Positions 19,130-26,985 of a DNA stretch of 64,000 bases are shown here, piece by piece. The stretch is from Rhodospirillaceae bacterium (GTDB taxonomy: Bacteria > Pseudomonadota > Alphaproteobacteria > CACIAM-22H2): positions 28,608 through 92,607 of the forward strand of contig JAIXXA010000038.1 of NCBI GenBank assembly GCA_027490975.1. The letters run 5' to 3'. A program made the translations under genes and the position numbers. Positions within the stretch are counted from its first letter, which is position 1; each line of letters begins with the position of its first letter. The notes below the pieces were generated by a model. That model was not told the DNA's origin. It saw nothing but the letters and a program-made list of their open reading frames with translations, and searched no databases.

Positions 19130-19864
19130 ATGGGACACGTCTCGAACACAATGGGCGTTCCAGTGCCATTGGCAATCGAATCGCACTGCGACGAGTGCGC
19201 GATCCGCGAAGCCAGCATCTGCGAAGTTCTCGATGCGGCCCAGCTTTCGCGGCTGCGCAGCATCTCGACGGTCGTCACCTATGCGCCGATGGCGCCGTTG
19301 TTCGAAGAGGGGGCGCAAGCCCAGCATGTCAGCAACGTCATCGAAGGGACTGTGACGCTCTACAAGCTGCTGCCCGACGGGCGGCGTCAGATTCTGGGCT
19401 TTCTGTTTCCGGGCGATTTCGTCGGCCTCGCCCTCGACCCCACCTATGGCTGCTCGGCCGAGGCGACGACGGTCGTGCGCATGTGCCGCTTCCCGCGCGA
19501 GCGGCTCGAAAAGATGTTCAAGGATCTGCCGGCCCTCGAACATCGGCTGCTCGAAATCGCCGGCAACGAAATCAAGGCCGCCCAAGAGCAGATGCTGCTG
19601 CTGGGCCGCAAGACCGCGCGCGAGCGGCTGGCGTCGTTTCTGCTTACCTTGTCGCGTCGGGCGGCTTCCCGCGGCCGGCCGGCGTCGCCCGTCGATCTGC
19701 CGATGCGGCGCTCGGACATCGGCGACTATCTGGGGCTCACGATCGAAACCGTCAGCCGCACCTTCACGCAGTTCAAAAAAGCGGGCCTGATCGGCCTGCC
19801 GAACCAGAGCCAAGTCACGCTGCTGCAGCGCGAGATCTTGGAAACCATCGCCGAAGGCAGTTGA
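19130..19864 (+). CDS. Crp/Fnr family transcriptional regulator with an N-terminal Cys cluster (FnrN/FnrL type)
   Basis: Tail of ORF 18941..19864 from MGHVSNTMGV. It has CDECAIREASIC (C-x2-C-x7-C) plus a central Cys (TYGCSAE), a cNMP-binding-like fold, and a C-terminal HTH (RSDIGDYLGLTIETVSRTFTQFKKAGLI). Confidence 0.88.
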   Translation: MGHVSNTMGVPVPLAIESHCDECAIREASICEVLDAAQLSRLRSISTVVTYAPMAPLFEEGAQAQHVSNVIEGTVTLYKLLPDGRRQILGFLFPGDFVGLALDPTYGCSAEATTVVRMCRFPRERLEKMFKDLPALEHRLLEIAGNEIKAAQEQMLLLGRKTARERLASFLLTLSRRAASRGRPASPVDLPMRRSDIGDYLGLTIETVSRTFTQFKKAGLIGLPNQSQVTLLQREILETIAEGS

Positions 19865-19885
19865 GGCGCAAAACGCGCCCCTGCT

Positions 19886-20389
19886 TCAGCGGGGTGCTAC
19901 GATCGGCCGCACGAATTGCGGCTCGGTATCCCACGGGAACATGATCCAGGTATCCTGGCTCACCTCGGTCACGTAGGTGTCGACCATCGGCTTGCCGGCA
20001 GGCTTGGCGTAGACGGTGGCGAGATGCGCGCCCGGCAGCATCGCGCGCACGATTTTGGCGGTCGCCCCCGTATCGACGAGATCGTCGATGATGAGCCAGC
20101 GCGGGCCGGAATTGGCATCGACCGTCGAGGCGGCCAGCGGCTTCAGGATGTTCGACGTGTCGCCGATCTGCTGGCCCTGGTATGTGGCGATCGAAACGGT
20201 GTCGATGACGCGCAGCTCGAGCTCGCGCGCGATGATGCCGGCCGGGATGAGGCCGCCGCGCGTGACGGCGACGATGCCGCGCCACGGGCCGCCGGCCACG
20301 AGCTTCCAGGCGAGCGCCTTGCAGTCGCGATGCAGCTCCTGCCAGGAGACGGTGAACATCTTGCGATACGTATCGTCGGCGCTGGACAT
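19886..20389 (-). CDS. gpt: xanthine-guanine phosphoribosyltransferase
   Basis: Last 167 codons of the chimeric ORF 19886..22846: MSSADDTYRKMFTVSWQELHRDCKALAWKL...WLIIDDLVDTGATAKIV...DTWIMFPWD. Confidence 0.92.
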   Translation of the reverse strand: MSSADDTYRKMFTVSWQELHRDCKALAWKLVAGGPWRGIVAVTRGGLIPAGIIARELELRVIDTVSIATYQGQQIGDTSNILKPLAASTVDANSGPRWLIIDDLVDTGATAKIVRAMLPGAHLATVYAKPAGKPMVDTYVTEVSQDTWIMFPWDTEPQFVRPIVAPR

Positions 20390-20434
20390 GGGCGACTCCG
20401 GCTCGGGAAGCGTTCGCCTTCTTGCCGCGCAGGC

Positions 20435-20493
20435 GCGCCGGATGCAAGTGCGCCGGATGCAAGTGCGCCGGATCAAACGCGCCGGATGCAAAC
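20435..20493. repeat. tandem repeat, four copies of a 14-15 bp unit GCGCCGGATGCAAGT
   Basis: Read directly. The copies are GCGCCGGATGCAAGT, GCGCCGGATGCAAGT, GCGCCGGATCAAAC and GCGCCGGATGCAAAC. They lie between the gpt start (20389) and the stop of the upstream minus-strand gene (20509). Confidence 0.9.
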
Positions 20494-20508
20494 GCGCTCG
20501 CCGTGCCC

Positions 20509-20925
20509 TCAAACGCCCGGCCGTTTGGCGGGCAACAGCTCGACGCCTGCAATGCGGAAGCTGCCGTTGGGCTGGCGCGCCATGTAGTAGAGCGCCACCG
20601 CCGAGGTGCCGTCGAGCCCGTCGAATTCCACGATCTGGGCAACGATTTCGCCGTCGGGTTTCGCGTCGCCGAACGCGTAGCTGCGCGGCCGGTAGATCAT
20701 CGCATAGCCCTCGCGCACCATCGCCATGAAGCGCTCGGGGCTGCCGAACATGCTTTGGATGTTCGCGTCCGCGAACGCGAAGGCTGCGGCCGCGTCGTCG
20801 GCGCGGAAGGCTTGGATCTGGCGCTCGATCGTGCTGCGGATCGCGGCCTGGTCGCCCGGCGATTGGGCCAATGCCGGAAAGGCAAGCCACAGACCGGCCA
20901 GAACGCTCAAAAAGCCTTTGCGCAT
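20509..20925 (-). CDS. DUF4864-like secreted NTF2-fold protein
   Basis: ORF 20509..20925 with a signal peptide (MRKGFLSVLAGLWLAFPALAQ). The sequence IERQIQAFRADDAAAAFAFA...ERFMAMVREGY matches my recollection of DUF4864. Confidence 0.7.
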   Translation of the reverse strand: MRKGFLSVLAGLWLAFPALAQSPGDQAAIRSTIERQIQAFRADDAAAAFAFADANIQSMFGSPERFMAMVREGYAMIYRPRSYAFGDAKPDGEIVAQIVEFDGLDGTSAVALYYMARQPNGSFRIAGVELLPAKRPGV

Positions 20926-20983
20926 CGCATGAACCCCCGATTAGAAAAGAGTTGTTCTTCTCCCCAGCAAAGGCAAGCCTCCC

Positions 20984-22591
20984 ATGCTCAGCACGCCGCG
21001 CGGCTATCGCGGAATGGTCACGGCCCCGCATCATCTGGCCAGCCAAGCTGGCCTCGAAGTGCTGCGCGAAGGCGGCAACGCGGTCGAAGCGATGATCGCA
21101 ATGGCGGCCGCGATCCCGGTCGTCTATCCGCACATGAACGCGATCGGCGGCGACGGGTTTTGGCTCATCGATGCCGGCGACGGCAGGCCGGTGGCGGGCA
21201 TCGATGCGTGCGGGGCGGCGGCCTCGGTCCTGTCGCCTGCCTGGTACAAGCGCCAAGGCCACGCGACGATCCCGTCGCGTGGCCCCCTTGCCGCCAACAC
21301 GGTTGCGGGCACGGTGTCGGGCTGGGGCGCGGCCTTCGAGATCGCCAAAACGCTCGGCGGCAAATTGCCGCTCTCTCGACTTGTCGAGCCGGGTGCTTAC
21401 TATGCCGAAAACGGCTATCCCGCGACCGCAAGCCAGGCGCGTTTCACGGCCGAAAAACGCGCCGAGTGCGAAGCTTCGCCTGGTTTCAAGAAAGCGTTTC
21501 TGCCCGGCGGCCAGGTGCCGCAGCCGGGCAGCCGCTTCGTGCAAGGCGCTTTGGCGGCCACATTGCGGCGCATCGGTGCGGAAGGCACGGAGAGCTTCTA
21601 TCGCGGCAAATTGGCCGAGGCGATCGCCGCCGATCTGAAGCGCGCGGGCGCGCCCGTGACGCTCGACGACTACCGGCGCCACAAGGCCAAGATCGTGACC
21701 CCGCTTGCCGTGAACGTGCCCGGTGCGCGGCTCTACAACATGACCCCGCCCACGCAAGGCTTGGCGTCGCTGCTGATCCTCGCGCTGTTTTCGCGTTTCA
21801 AGCCCGAGCGCGCCGACGGGCCCGAATTTGTGCACGCGCTCGTGGAGGCGACCAAGCTTGCTTTCCGCGTGCGCGACAAGCACGTGAAGGATCCCGCCTA
21901 CATGGCGCAGGAGGCGCAAAGCCTGCTCGCCGACGCCCGCGTGGCGAAACTTGCCGCCCAGTTCGATCCGCATCTGGCCGCCCCGTGGCCGCAAGCGCCG
22001 CAGAAGGGCGACACGATTTGGATGGGTGCCATCGATGCGCAAGGGCGCATGGCGAGCTTCATCCAGTCGATCTACTGGGAGTTCGGCTCGGCCGTGGTCG
22101 GCGACGAGACCGGCATTCTGTTCCAGAATCGCGGCACCTCGTTCAGCCTCGAAAAGGGCGCACCGCAGGAATTGGCGGCGGGCCGCAAGCCTTTCCACAC
22201 GCTCAATCCCGCGATGGCGCATTTCGACGACGGCCGTTCGATGGTCTACGGCACGATGGGCGGCGACGGCCAGCCGCAGACGCAAGCCGCGATCTTCTCG
22301 CGCTACGCCTGGTACGGCCACACGCCGCAAGAAGCGATCTCGGCGCCGCGCTGGCTTCTGGGCCGCACCTGGGGCACGGCCACGACGAAGCTGCGCCTCG
22401 AAAGCCGCTTCGCGCCGGGCCTCATCGCGGCCTTGAAGGGCATGGGCCACGATCTCGAAACGCTGGCCGACTACACGGACCTCATGGGCCATGCCGGCAT
22501 GGTCGTGCGCACGCCGGCTGGCGGCGGCGGCGCGGCCCTGCTCGAAGGCGGCACGGACCCGCGCAGCGACGGCCAGGTCGGCGCGTTCTAG
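20984..22591 (+). CDS. gamma-glutamyltransferase family protein, with no signal peptide (YwrD-like)
   Basis: ORF 20984..22591: GMVTAPHHLASQAGLEVLREGGNAVEAMIAMAA...NAIGGDGFWL. The putative autoprocessing site is GDTIWMGAID. Confidence 0.88.
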   Translation: MLSTPRGYRGMVTAPHHLASQAGLEVLREGGNAVEAMIAMAAAIPVVYPHMNAIGGDGFWLIDAGDGRPVAGIDACGAAASVLSPAWYKRQGHATIPSRGPLAANTVAGTVSGWGAAFEIAKTLGGKLPLSRLVEPGAYYAENGYPATASQARFTAEKRAECEASPGFKKAFLPGGQVPQPGSRFVQGALAATLRRIGAEGTESFYRGKLAEAIAADLKRAGAPVTLDDYRRHKAKIVTPLAVNVPGARLYNMTPPTQGLASLLILALFSRFKPERADGPEFVHALVEATKLAFRVRDKHVKDPAYMAQEAQSLLADARVAKLAAQFDPHLAAPWPQAPQKGDTIWMGAIDAQGRMASFIQSIYWEFGSAVVGDETGILFQNRGTSFSLEKGAPQELAAGRKPFHTLNPAMAHFDDGRSMVYGTMGGDGQPQTQAAIFSRYAWYGHTPQEAISAPRWLLGRTWGTATTKLRLESRFAPGLIAALKGMGHDLETLADYTDLMGHAGMVVRTPAGGGGAALLEGGTDPRSDGQVGAF

Positions 22592-22619
22592 CGCGCCGGC
22601 GAATTTTTTTTTGCGGCGC

Positions 22620-22646
22620 TGTCGAAAGCGGCGTTCCTCGCGTGTC
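22620..22646 (+). promoter_or_regulatory. candidate ECF-type promoter TGTCGA-N15-CGTGTC upstream of the membrane protein / YCII / sigma factor genes
   Basis: TGTCGA at 22620..22625 and CGTGTC at 22641..22646 are read directly. The assignment depends on my recollection that ECF42-group promoters carry TGTCGA at -35 and a CGTC-like -10. Confidence 0.3.
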
Positions 22647-22714
22647 ATCCCATCGAAAGCGGACAAGGGGCTGCATCGGGCAGCCCTGCCGCTTCTCCGA
22701 AAAAGGAGGATGGA

Positions 22715-23164
22715 ATGAACATGTCGGCAGTCGAAGAAACGGCGCGAGCAGCGCCTGCGTGGCTTTGGACGGCGGGCGCTGTGGGCACGGCGTGGAACGT
22801 CTACGGGCTCTATCAATACGTCGGCACGCTCACGCCGTCGGGCCAAGCGGCCATGACCGCGGGCATGACAGCCGCCCAGGCCGCGCTCTATCTGTCGCTC
22901 CCCGCTTGGATCAGCGTCGTGTTTGCGATCGGCGTTGCGGGCGGCCTTGCGGGCTCGATCGCCTTGCTGCTGCGCCGACGTGCGGCCTTGCCGATTTTCG
23001 CCGCGTCGCTGGCAGGCTACGTGCTGCTTTTTGCGGGCGACACGTATTACGGGGTGTTCGACGCGATCCCGAGCCAGCTCGTCATTCTGGCCTTCGTCGT
23101 CGCGATCGCGGCTGCCTTGCTGGCCGTCGCATGGCAGGCGGGCCGACGTGGCCTCTTGCGCTGA
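22715..23164 (+). CDS. hypothetical four-TM membrane protein
   Basis: ORF 22715..23164, preceded by a strong AGGAGG. It has four hydrophobic segments. Confidence 0.65.
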   Translation: MNMSAVEETARAAPAWLWTAGAVGTAWNVYGLYQYVGTLTPSGQAAMTAGMTAAQAALYLSLPAWISVVFAIGVAGGLAGSIALLLRRRAALPIFAASLAGYVLLFAGDTYYGVFDAIPSQLVILAFVVAIAAALLAVAWQAGRRGLLR

Positions 23165-23205
23165 AACGGCTTGACACTTTGCTCCATCCTGAAAGGATCT
23201 TTCCC

Positions 23206-23574
23206 ATGCAATACATGCTGCTTCTCAACGAAACCGCCGAAGAATTCGCCAAGCGCAACGATCCCGCCGAGGCCGAGGCCTATTGGGGCGGCTGGAACGC
23301 GTTCATCGGTGCGATGGCGCAGGCCGGCATCATCGTCAAAGGCGACGGCCTGCAAGGGCCGCAGACCGCGACGACCGTGCGCCTGCGCGACGGCAAGCGC
23401 GCCGTGCAGGACGGCCCGTTTGCCGACAACAAAGAACAGCTCGGCGGCTATTTCGTGATCGAGGTGCCCGATCTCGACGCCGCATTGGCGTGGGCCGTGC
23501 GCGCGCCCTCTGCGTCCTACGCGTCGGTCGAGGTGCGGCCGGTGCTGCCGCCAATGGCGCCGCCCAGCGCCTAG
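23206..23574 (+). CDS. YCII-related (DGPF) domain protein
   Basis: Last 122 codons of ORF 20422..23574: MQYMLLLNETAEEF...VQDGPFADNKEQLGGYFVIEVPDLDAALAWA. Confidence 0.85.
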   Translation: MQYMLLLNETAEEFAKRNDPAEAEAYWGGWNAFIGAMAQAGIIVKGDGLQGPQTATTVRLRDGKRAVQDGPFADNKEQLGGYFVIEVPDLDAALAWAVRAPSASYASVEVRPVLPPMAPPSA

Positions 23575-23588
23575 GCCAAAGCCCGACC

Positions 23589-24824
23589 ATGTCGAGCGCG
23601 CGCGCCGCCGCCAAAGCCGCCGAGACGGCGGCGCGCACCTCGTATGGTCGCCTGCTCGCGATCTTGGCCGCCCGCACGCGCGACATTGCGGCGTCGGAAG
23701 ACGCGCTGTCGGCCGCGTTTCTCGCGGCGTTGCGCACTTGGCCCGCGCGCGGCGTGCCGGACAACCCGGATGCGTGGCTCGTTGCGACGGCGCGCAACCA
23801 TCTCAAAAACGCGGCGCGCCACAAGGGTGTCGCCATCGAAGCTGCAGCCGATCTGGCTTTGCTGTTCGACGAGGGTGCCGTCGACGAAGATGCCGACGCC
23901 CTGCCCGACGACCGGCTGAAACTCCTGTTCGTGTGCGCGCATCCGGCGATCGATGCGAGCGTGCGCACGCCCTTGATGCTGCAGACGGTGCTGGGGCTCG
24001 ACGCAGCCCGGATCGCGGCGGCGTTTCTCGTGGCGCCCGCCACGATGGGCCAACGGCTGGTGCGCGCCAAGACCAAGATCAAAGCGGCGGGTTTGCGTTT
24101 CGAATTGCCGACGCAAGCCGACATGCCGACACGTCTCGAAGACGTGCTCGACGCGATCTACGCCGCCTACGGCACCAGCTGGGATGCGGTTGCGGGCGCC
24201 GACGGCGATGCCGGCGCGCGCGGACTTGCCGACGAGGCGCTGTATTTGAGCCGGCTTGTCGTGTCGCTGCTGCCGCAAGCGCCCGAGGCGCGCGGCCTGT
24301 TGGCGCTCATCCTCTATTGCGAATCAAGACGCGCTGCGCGCCGCGACGCGGCCGGTCGCTTCGTGCCGCTCAAAGCCCAGGATGCGCGCCTGTGGTCGCG
24401 CGACATGATCGTGGAGGCCGAGGGCCATCTGACGGCGGCCTCGCGCGCCGGCGTGTTCGGCCGCTACCAATGCGAAGCCGCGATCCAGTCCGTGCATGCG
24501 CAGCGCCCGATAACCGGACAGACGAACCACGCGGCCCTGCGCACGCTCTACGGTTTGCTCGCACAACGCTGCCCGAGTATCGGCGTGCTGGTGGCGCAGG
24601 CGGCTGCTTTGCTCGATGCGGGCGACGCGGACGCGGCGATGGCCGTGCTGCAGCGATTGGCCGAGGCCGACATTCGCGGCTATCAGCCTTATTGGGCCAC
24701 CCTTGCGGCCGTGCATGTCGCGCGCGGGCAGCGGGGCGAAGCCGCTGCGGCCCTGCACACGGCCATCGGCCTCACCGAAGATCCCGCCATCCGCGCATTC
24801 CTGGCGCAGTCGCTCGAAAGCTGA
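23589..24824 (+). CDS. ECF RNA polymerase sigma factor with a long C-terminal TPR-like extension (COG4941 / ECF42-type)
   Basis: Tail of ORF 23283..24824 from MSSARAAAKAAE, 411 aa. Region 2 reads DALSAAFLAALRTWPARGVPDNPDAWLVATARNHLKN. Region 4 reads LKLLFVCAHPAI...LGLDAARIAAAFLVAPATMGQRLVRAKTKI. About 200 aa of helical extension follow. Confidence 0.85.
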   Translation: MSSARAAAKAAETAARTSYGRLLAILAARTRDIAASEDALSAAFLAALRTWPARGVPDNPDAWLVATARNHLKNAARHKGVAIEAAADLALLFDEGAVDEDADALPDDRLKLLFVCAHPAIDASVRTPLMLQTVLGLDAARIAAAFLVAPATMGQRLVRAKTKIKAAGLRFELPTQADMPTRLEDVLDAIYAAYGTSWDAVAGADGDAGARGLADEALYLSRLVVSLLPQAPEARGLLALILYCESRRAARRDAAGRFVPLKAQDARLWSRDMIVEAEGHLTAASRAGVFGRYQCEAAIQSVHAQRPITGQTNHAALRTLYGLLAQRCPSIGVLVAQAAALLDAGDADAAMAVLQRLAEADIRGYQPYWATLAAVHVARGQRGEAAAALHTAIGLTEDPAIRAFLAQSLES

Positions 24825-24843
24825 GGGCGGCAGCCCCAAACGA

Positions 24844-24880
24844 AAAACCCCGACCCTTTGTTGGGGCCGGGGTTTTGTCT
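24844..24880. terminator. Rho-independent bidirectional terminator
   Basis: AAAACCCCGACCC-TTTGTT-GGGGCCGGGGTTTT forms a hairpin with A-run and T-run flanks. It sits between convergent genes ending at 24824 (+) and 24912 (-). Confidence 0.7.
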
Positions 24881-24911
24881 GTTTGCGGGCGCGAAAGCCG
24901 CGTCGGAAAGT

Positions 24912-26138
24912 TCAGCGCACGTAGAGATGCACTTCGTTGTTCTGCGCCTGCGACGACGTGGTCGAGGACAGCGTCATGCGCTGGGCGGGCAGGCCCATAT
25001 TGCCGAGGCTGCGCATCACGCCCTCGGCCTGGCGGCGCGCCGAGGTTGCGGCCAACGCGGCCTGGCTTTGGCCGCCGCGCGTGGGGGCAACGGCCACGAG
25101 GTCGAAATTCGCGGTCGGGCTGCGCTCGAGCGCGCGGCTCACGGCCGTGTAGAGCGCTTGCTCGTAGGACGGATTGGCGCGGTCGAAGCGGATCACCACG
25201 AGCGGCCGGCGGCCGGCGGCGGCCGTTGCGGGGTTGGCCGCTTGCGGCTGCGCACCCGGCGCCACGCCCAGGATCGCCGGGCTGCCGTCGGCCGGGGCGA
25301 CGTTGGTGAAAGCGCGGTTGTTGAGGCCCGAGCCGAAAAGCTCGCCGTTGCGGATGGCAAGCGACAGCGCCGTGAGGTTCGAGCGCTCGCGGCTCGCGTA
25401 GGTCGACTGGCGGTTGATGTCTTCGTTGAGTTCGTTGAGAACGCGGTCGATCGACACGACCGTGCGGTTCACTTCGTCTTCCACGAGTGCCAGCTGGCGG
25501 TGGTCTTCTTCGACGGCGCCGGTCAGCGAATAGGCGGCGCGCGTGGCGTCGAGCAGGAAGGCGGCCATTGCCGCGTCGCCTGCGGCCTGGCTCGAAAGCT
25601 GTGCGAGGCGGCCGATTTCGGCCGACAGGCGGTCGAGTTCGGCGGCCGCTTGCGTCCATTGCGCCTGCAGGATCGGGTTGCCGGGCGTGGTGCCCACTTG
25701 CAGGCGGGTGTTGATGCCGGCCACGAGCGTGAAATAGCGCTGGGCCGTGTTCACGGTGTCGCCGCGCATCTGCTGGATGGTGCCCGAGCGCGCCTGCACG
25801 GCACCCTGGAGATTCTGCAGCTCGGTGCGCATCGCCTGCGCGCGGATGCCGACGGCCGTCTGCTGCCCGCCGGGCAAGCGGCCCGTGTCGGGCGCGTCGA
25901 TGGCGCCGGAGGTGCGCGACGGCACAACAAAATTGGTGCCGGGCATCGGCGCGCTTTGCGCTTGGCGTTCGGCTGCCGAAGCGGGGATGTCCTGGCGCAC
26001 GGCGGCCGACTGCTGCGACGTGCTCGGACCCGACAGCGACGGCCACAAAGCTTCCGAGACCATGTTGCAGCCCGACAGCGGCACGCCCAGGGCCAGCAAC
26101 AAGGCAGTTTTGCGGAGATGGGCAAACCGATCGATCAT
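24912..26138 (-). CDS. hypothetical lipoprotein with a coiled-coil region and a possibly degenerate OmpA-like C-terminus
   Basis: ORF 24912..26174 from the internal MIDRFAHLRKTALLLALGVPLSGC (lipobox). The central part is Q/A-rich and helical. The C-terminus reads FDLVAVAP...ARRQAEGVMRSLGNMGLPAQRMTL...NNEVHLYVR. Confidence 0.7.
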   Translation of the reverse strand: MIDRFAHLRKTALLLALGVPLSGCNMVSEALWPSLSGPSTSQQSAAVRQDIPASAAERQAQSAPMPGTNFVVPSRTSGAIDAPDTGRLPGGQQTAVGIRAQAMRTELQNLQGAVQARSGTIQQMRGDTVNTAQRYFTLVAGINTRLQVGTTPGNPILQAQWTQAAAELDRLSAEIGRLAQLSSQAAGDAAMAAFLLDATRAAYSLTGAVEEDHRQLALVEDEVNRTVVSIDRVLNELNEDINRQSTYASRERSNLTALSLAIRNGELFGSGLNNRAFTNVAPADGSPAILGVAPGAQPQAANPATAAAGRRPLVVIRFDRANPSYEQALYTAVSRALERSPTANFDLVAVAPTRGGQSQAALAATSARRQAEGVMRSLGNMGLPAQRMTLSSTTSSQAQNNEVHLYVR

Positions 26139-26496
26139 TGTGCAAGCTCGTTCGAAAAGAAAGGTGCTGGACAAAGCAGTGGGGCGGGCTTGGCTCGTGG
26201 CGGCAACTCGGCAACGCTAGCGCAAACGCCGCCGTCGCCGTGAAACTTTTGTGCGAGTCCGAAGGCAAGCGACCGGTGGGCCGTTCAACCCTAGAACCCG
26301 AAGGCGGCGGATCGTAACCAACGCGACGCATCGGCGCAACGGCGAATTTATCCCGGTTTTCCACAGCGTTAGTTGCGCGCCCGGCAGCCCGAATGCGGCT
26401 GGGCGGACGCGCGGCATTTGCGCTTGCGTGCGCAACTCGGTTCGACTAGTGTCCGCGACCGTTTCCCCAAGGTATCGGGTTTTGAAACGCCTCCGC

Positions 26497-26573
26497 GCGG
26501 CCGTAGCTCAACTGGATAGAGCATCAGACTACGAATCTGGAGGTTAGGGGTTCGAATCCCTTCGGCCGCGCCA
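26497..26573 (+). tRNA. tRNA-Arg (anticodon ACG)
   Basis: The cloverleaf was folded by hand. The acceptor stem is GCGGCCG/CGGCCGC, the D arm is GTAGCTCAACTGGATAGAGC, the anticodon arm is TCAGA-CTACGAA-TCTGG, and the T arm is AGGGG-TTCGAAT-CCCTT. The discriminator is G and CCA is encoded. Confidence 0.95.
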
Positions 26574-26613
26574 TTTCTTCGTTCTTCATCGCCGACATGG
26601 ACCGCATGACGCG

Positions 26614-26985
26614 ATGATCGCTGTTTTTCCAACCATGATTTTCGGAGCGCTGGCGGCGCTGCTGGCGCTTGCGGCACCGGCGGCGGCGCATTCGGAGTTG
26701 CGGCGCTCGGTGCCCGCGCAAAACGCCGTGCTCGATGCCTCGCCGCCCGAGATCGTCGTCGCGTTCAACGAGCGCGTGCAAGTCACGACGTTGCGGCTGG
26801 TCGATGCCGCCGGGCGGCAGATCCGCTTGCCCACCGCCACCTTGCGCGCGGCGGCTGCGGTCGAGCGCGCGGTGGTGCCGTCGGCCCTTGCACCCGGCTG
26901 GTGGCGGCTCGAATGGGCCGCCATCTCGGCCGACGGGCATCCGATTTCGGGGCGCGTGCATTTCGAGATACGGTCGTCGCCATGA
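26614..26985 (+). CDS. copC: copper resistance protein CopC (periplasmic copper-binding domain)
   Basis: ORF 26614..26985. The signal peptide ends AAAHSEL, giving a mature N-terminal His. The sequence SPPEIVVAFNERV...WRLEWAAISADGHPISG is typical of CopC/YobA. Confidence 0.85.
   Translation: MIAVFPTMIFGALAALLALAAPAAAHSELRRSVPAQNAVLDASPPEIVVAFNERVQVTTLRLVDAAGRQIRLPTATLRAAAAVERAVVPSALAPGWWRLEWAAISADGHPISGRVHFEIRSSP

Noticed and set aside
20435-20493. Possible CRISPR array
   Set aside because: The repeats are directly abutting 14-15 bp units with no spacers, and no cas genes are present. This is a simple tandem repeat.
22591-22686. Hairpins after the second GGT gene (GCGCCG...T9...CGGCGC and GGGCTGC-ATCGG-GCAGCCC) as terminators or a riboswitch
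   Set aside because: In the first hairpin the T-run sits in the loop, not after the stem. The second has no trailing U-tract. Neither resembles a riboswitch class I know.
19886-22846. 986-aa minus-strand ORF
   Set aside because: It is a chimeric open frame. Only the last 167 codons (gpt) look like protein. The rest runs through the tandem repeat, out of frame over the DUF4864 gene, and antisense to the second GGT gene.
20422-23574. 1050-aa plus-strand ORF
   Set aside because: The open frame runs out of frame across the GGT-family gene and the membrane protein gene. Only the terminal 122 codons (the YCII protein from ATG 23206) are credible.
26418-26435. Inverted repeat TTGCGC-N6-GCGCAA about 60 bp upstream of tRNA-Arg
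   Set aside because: It is short and GC-rich, so it is expected by chance in this composition. There is no second copy or associated regulator, and it may simply be part of the tRNA promoter region.
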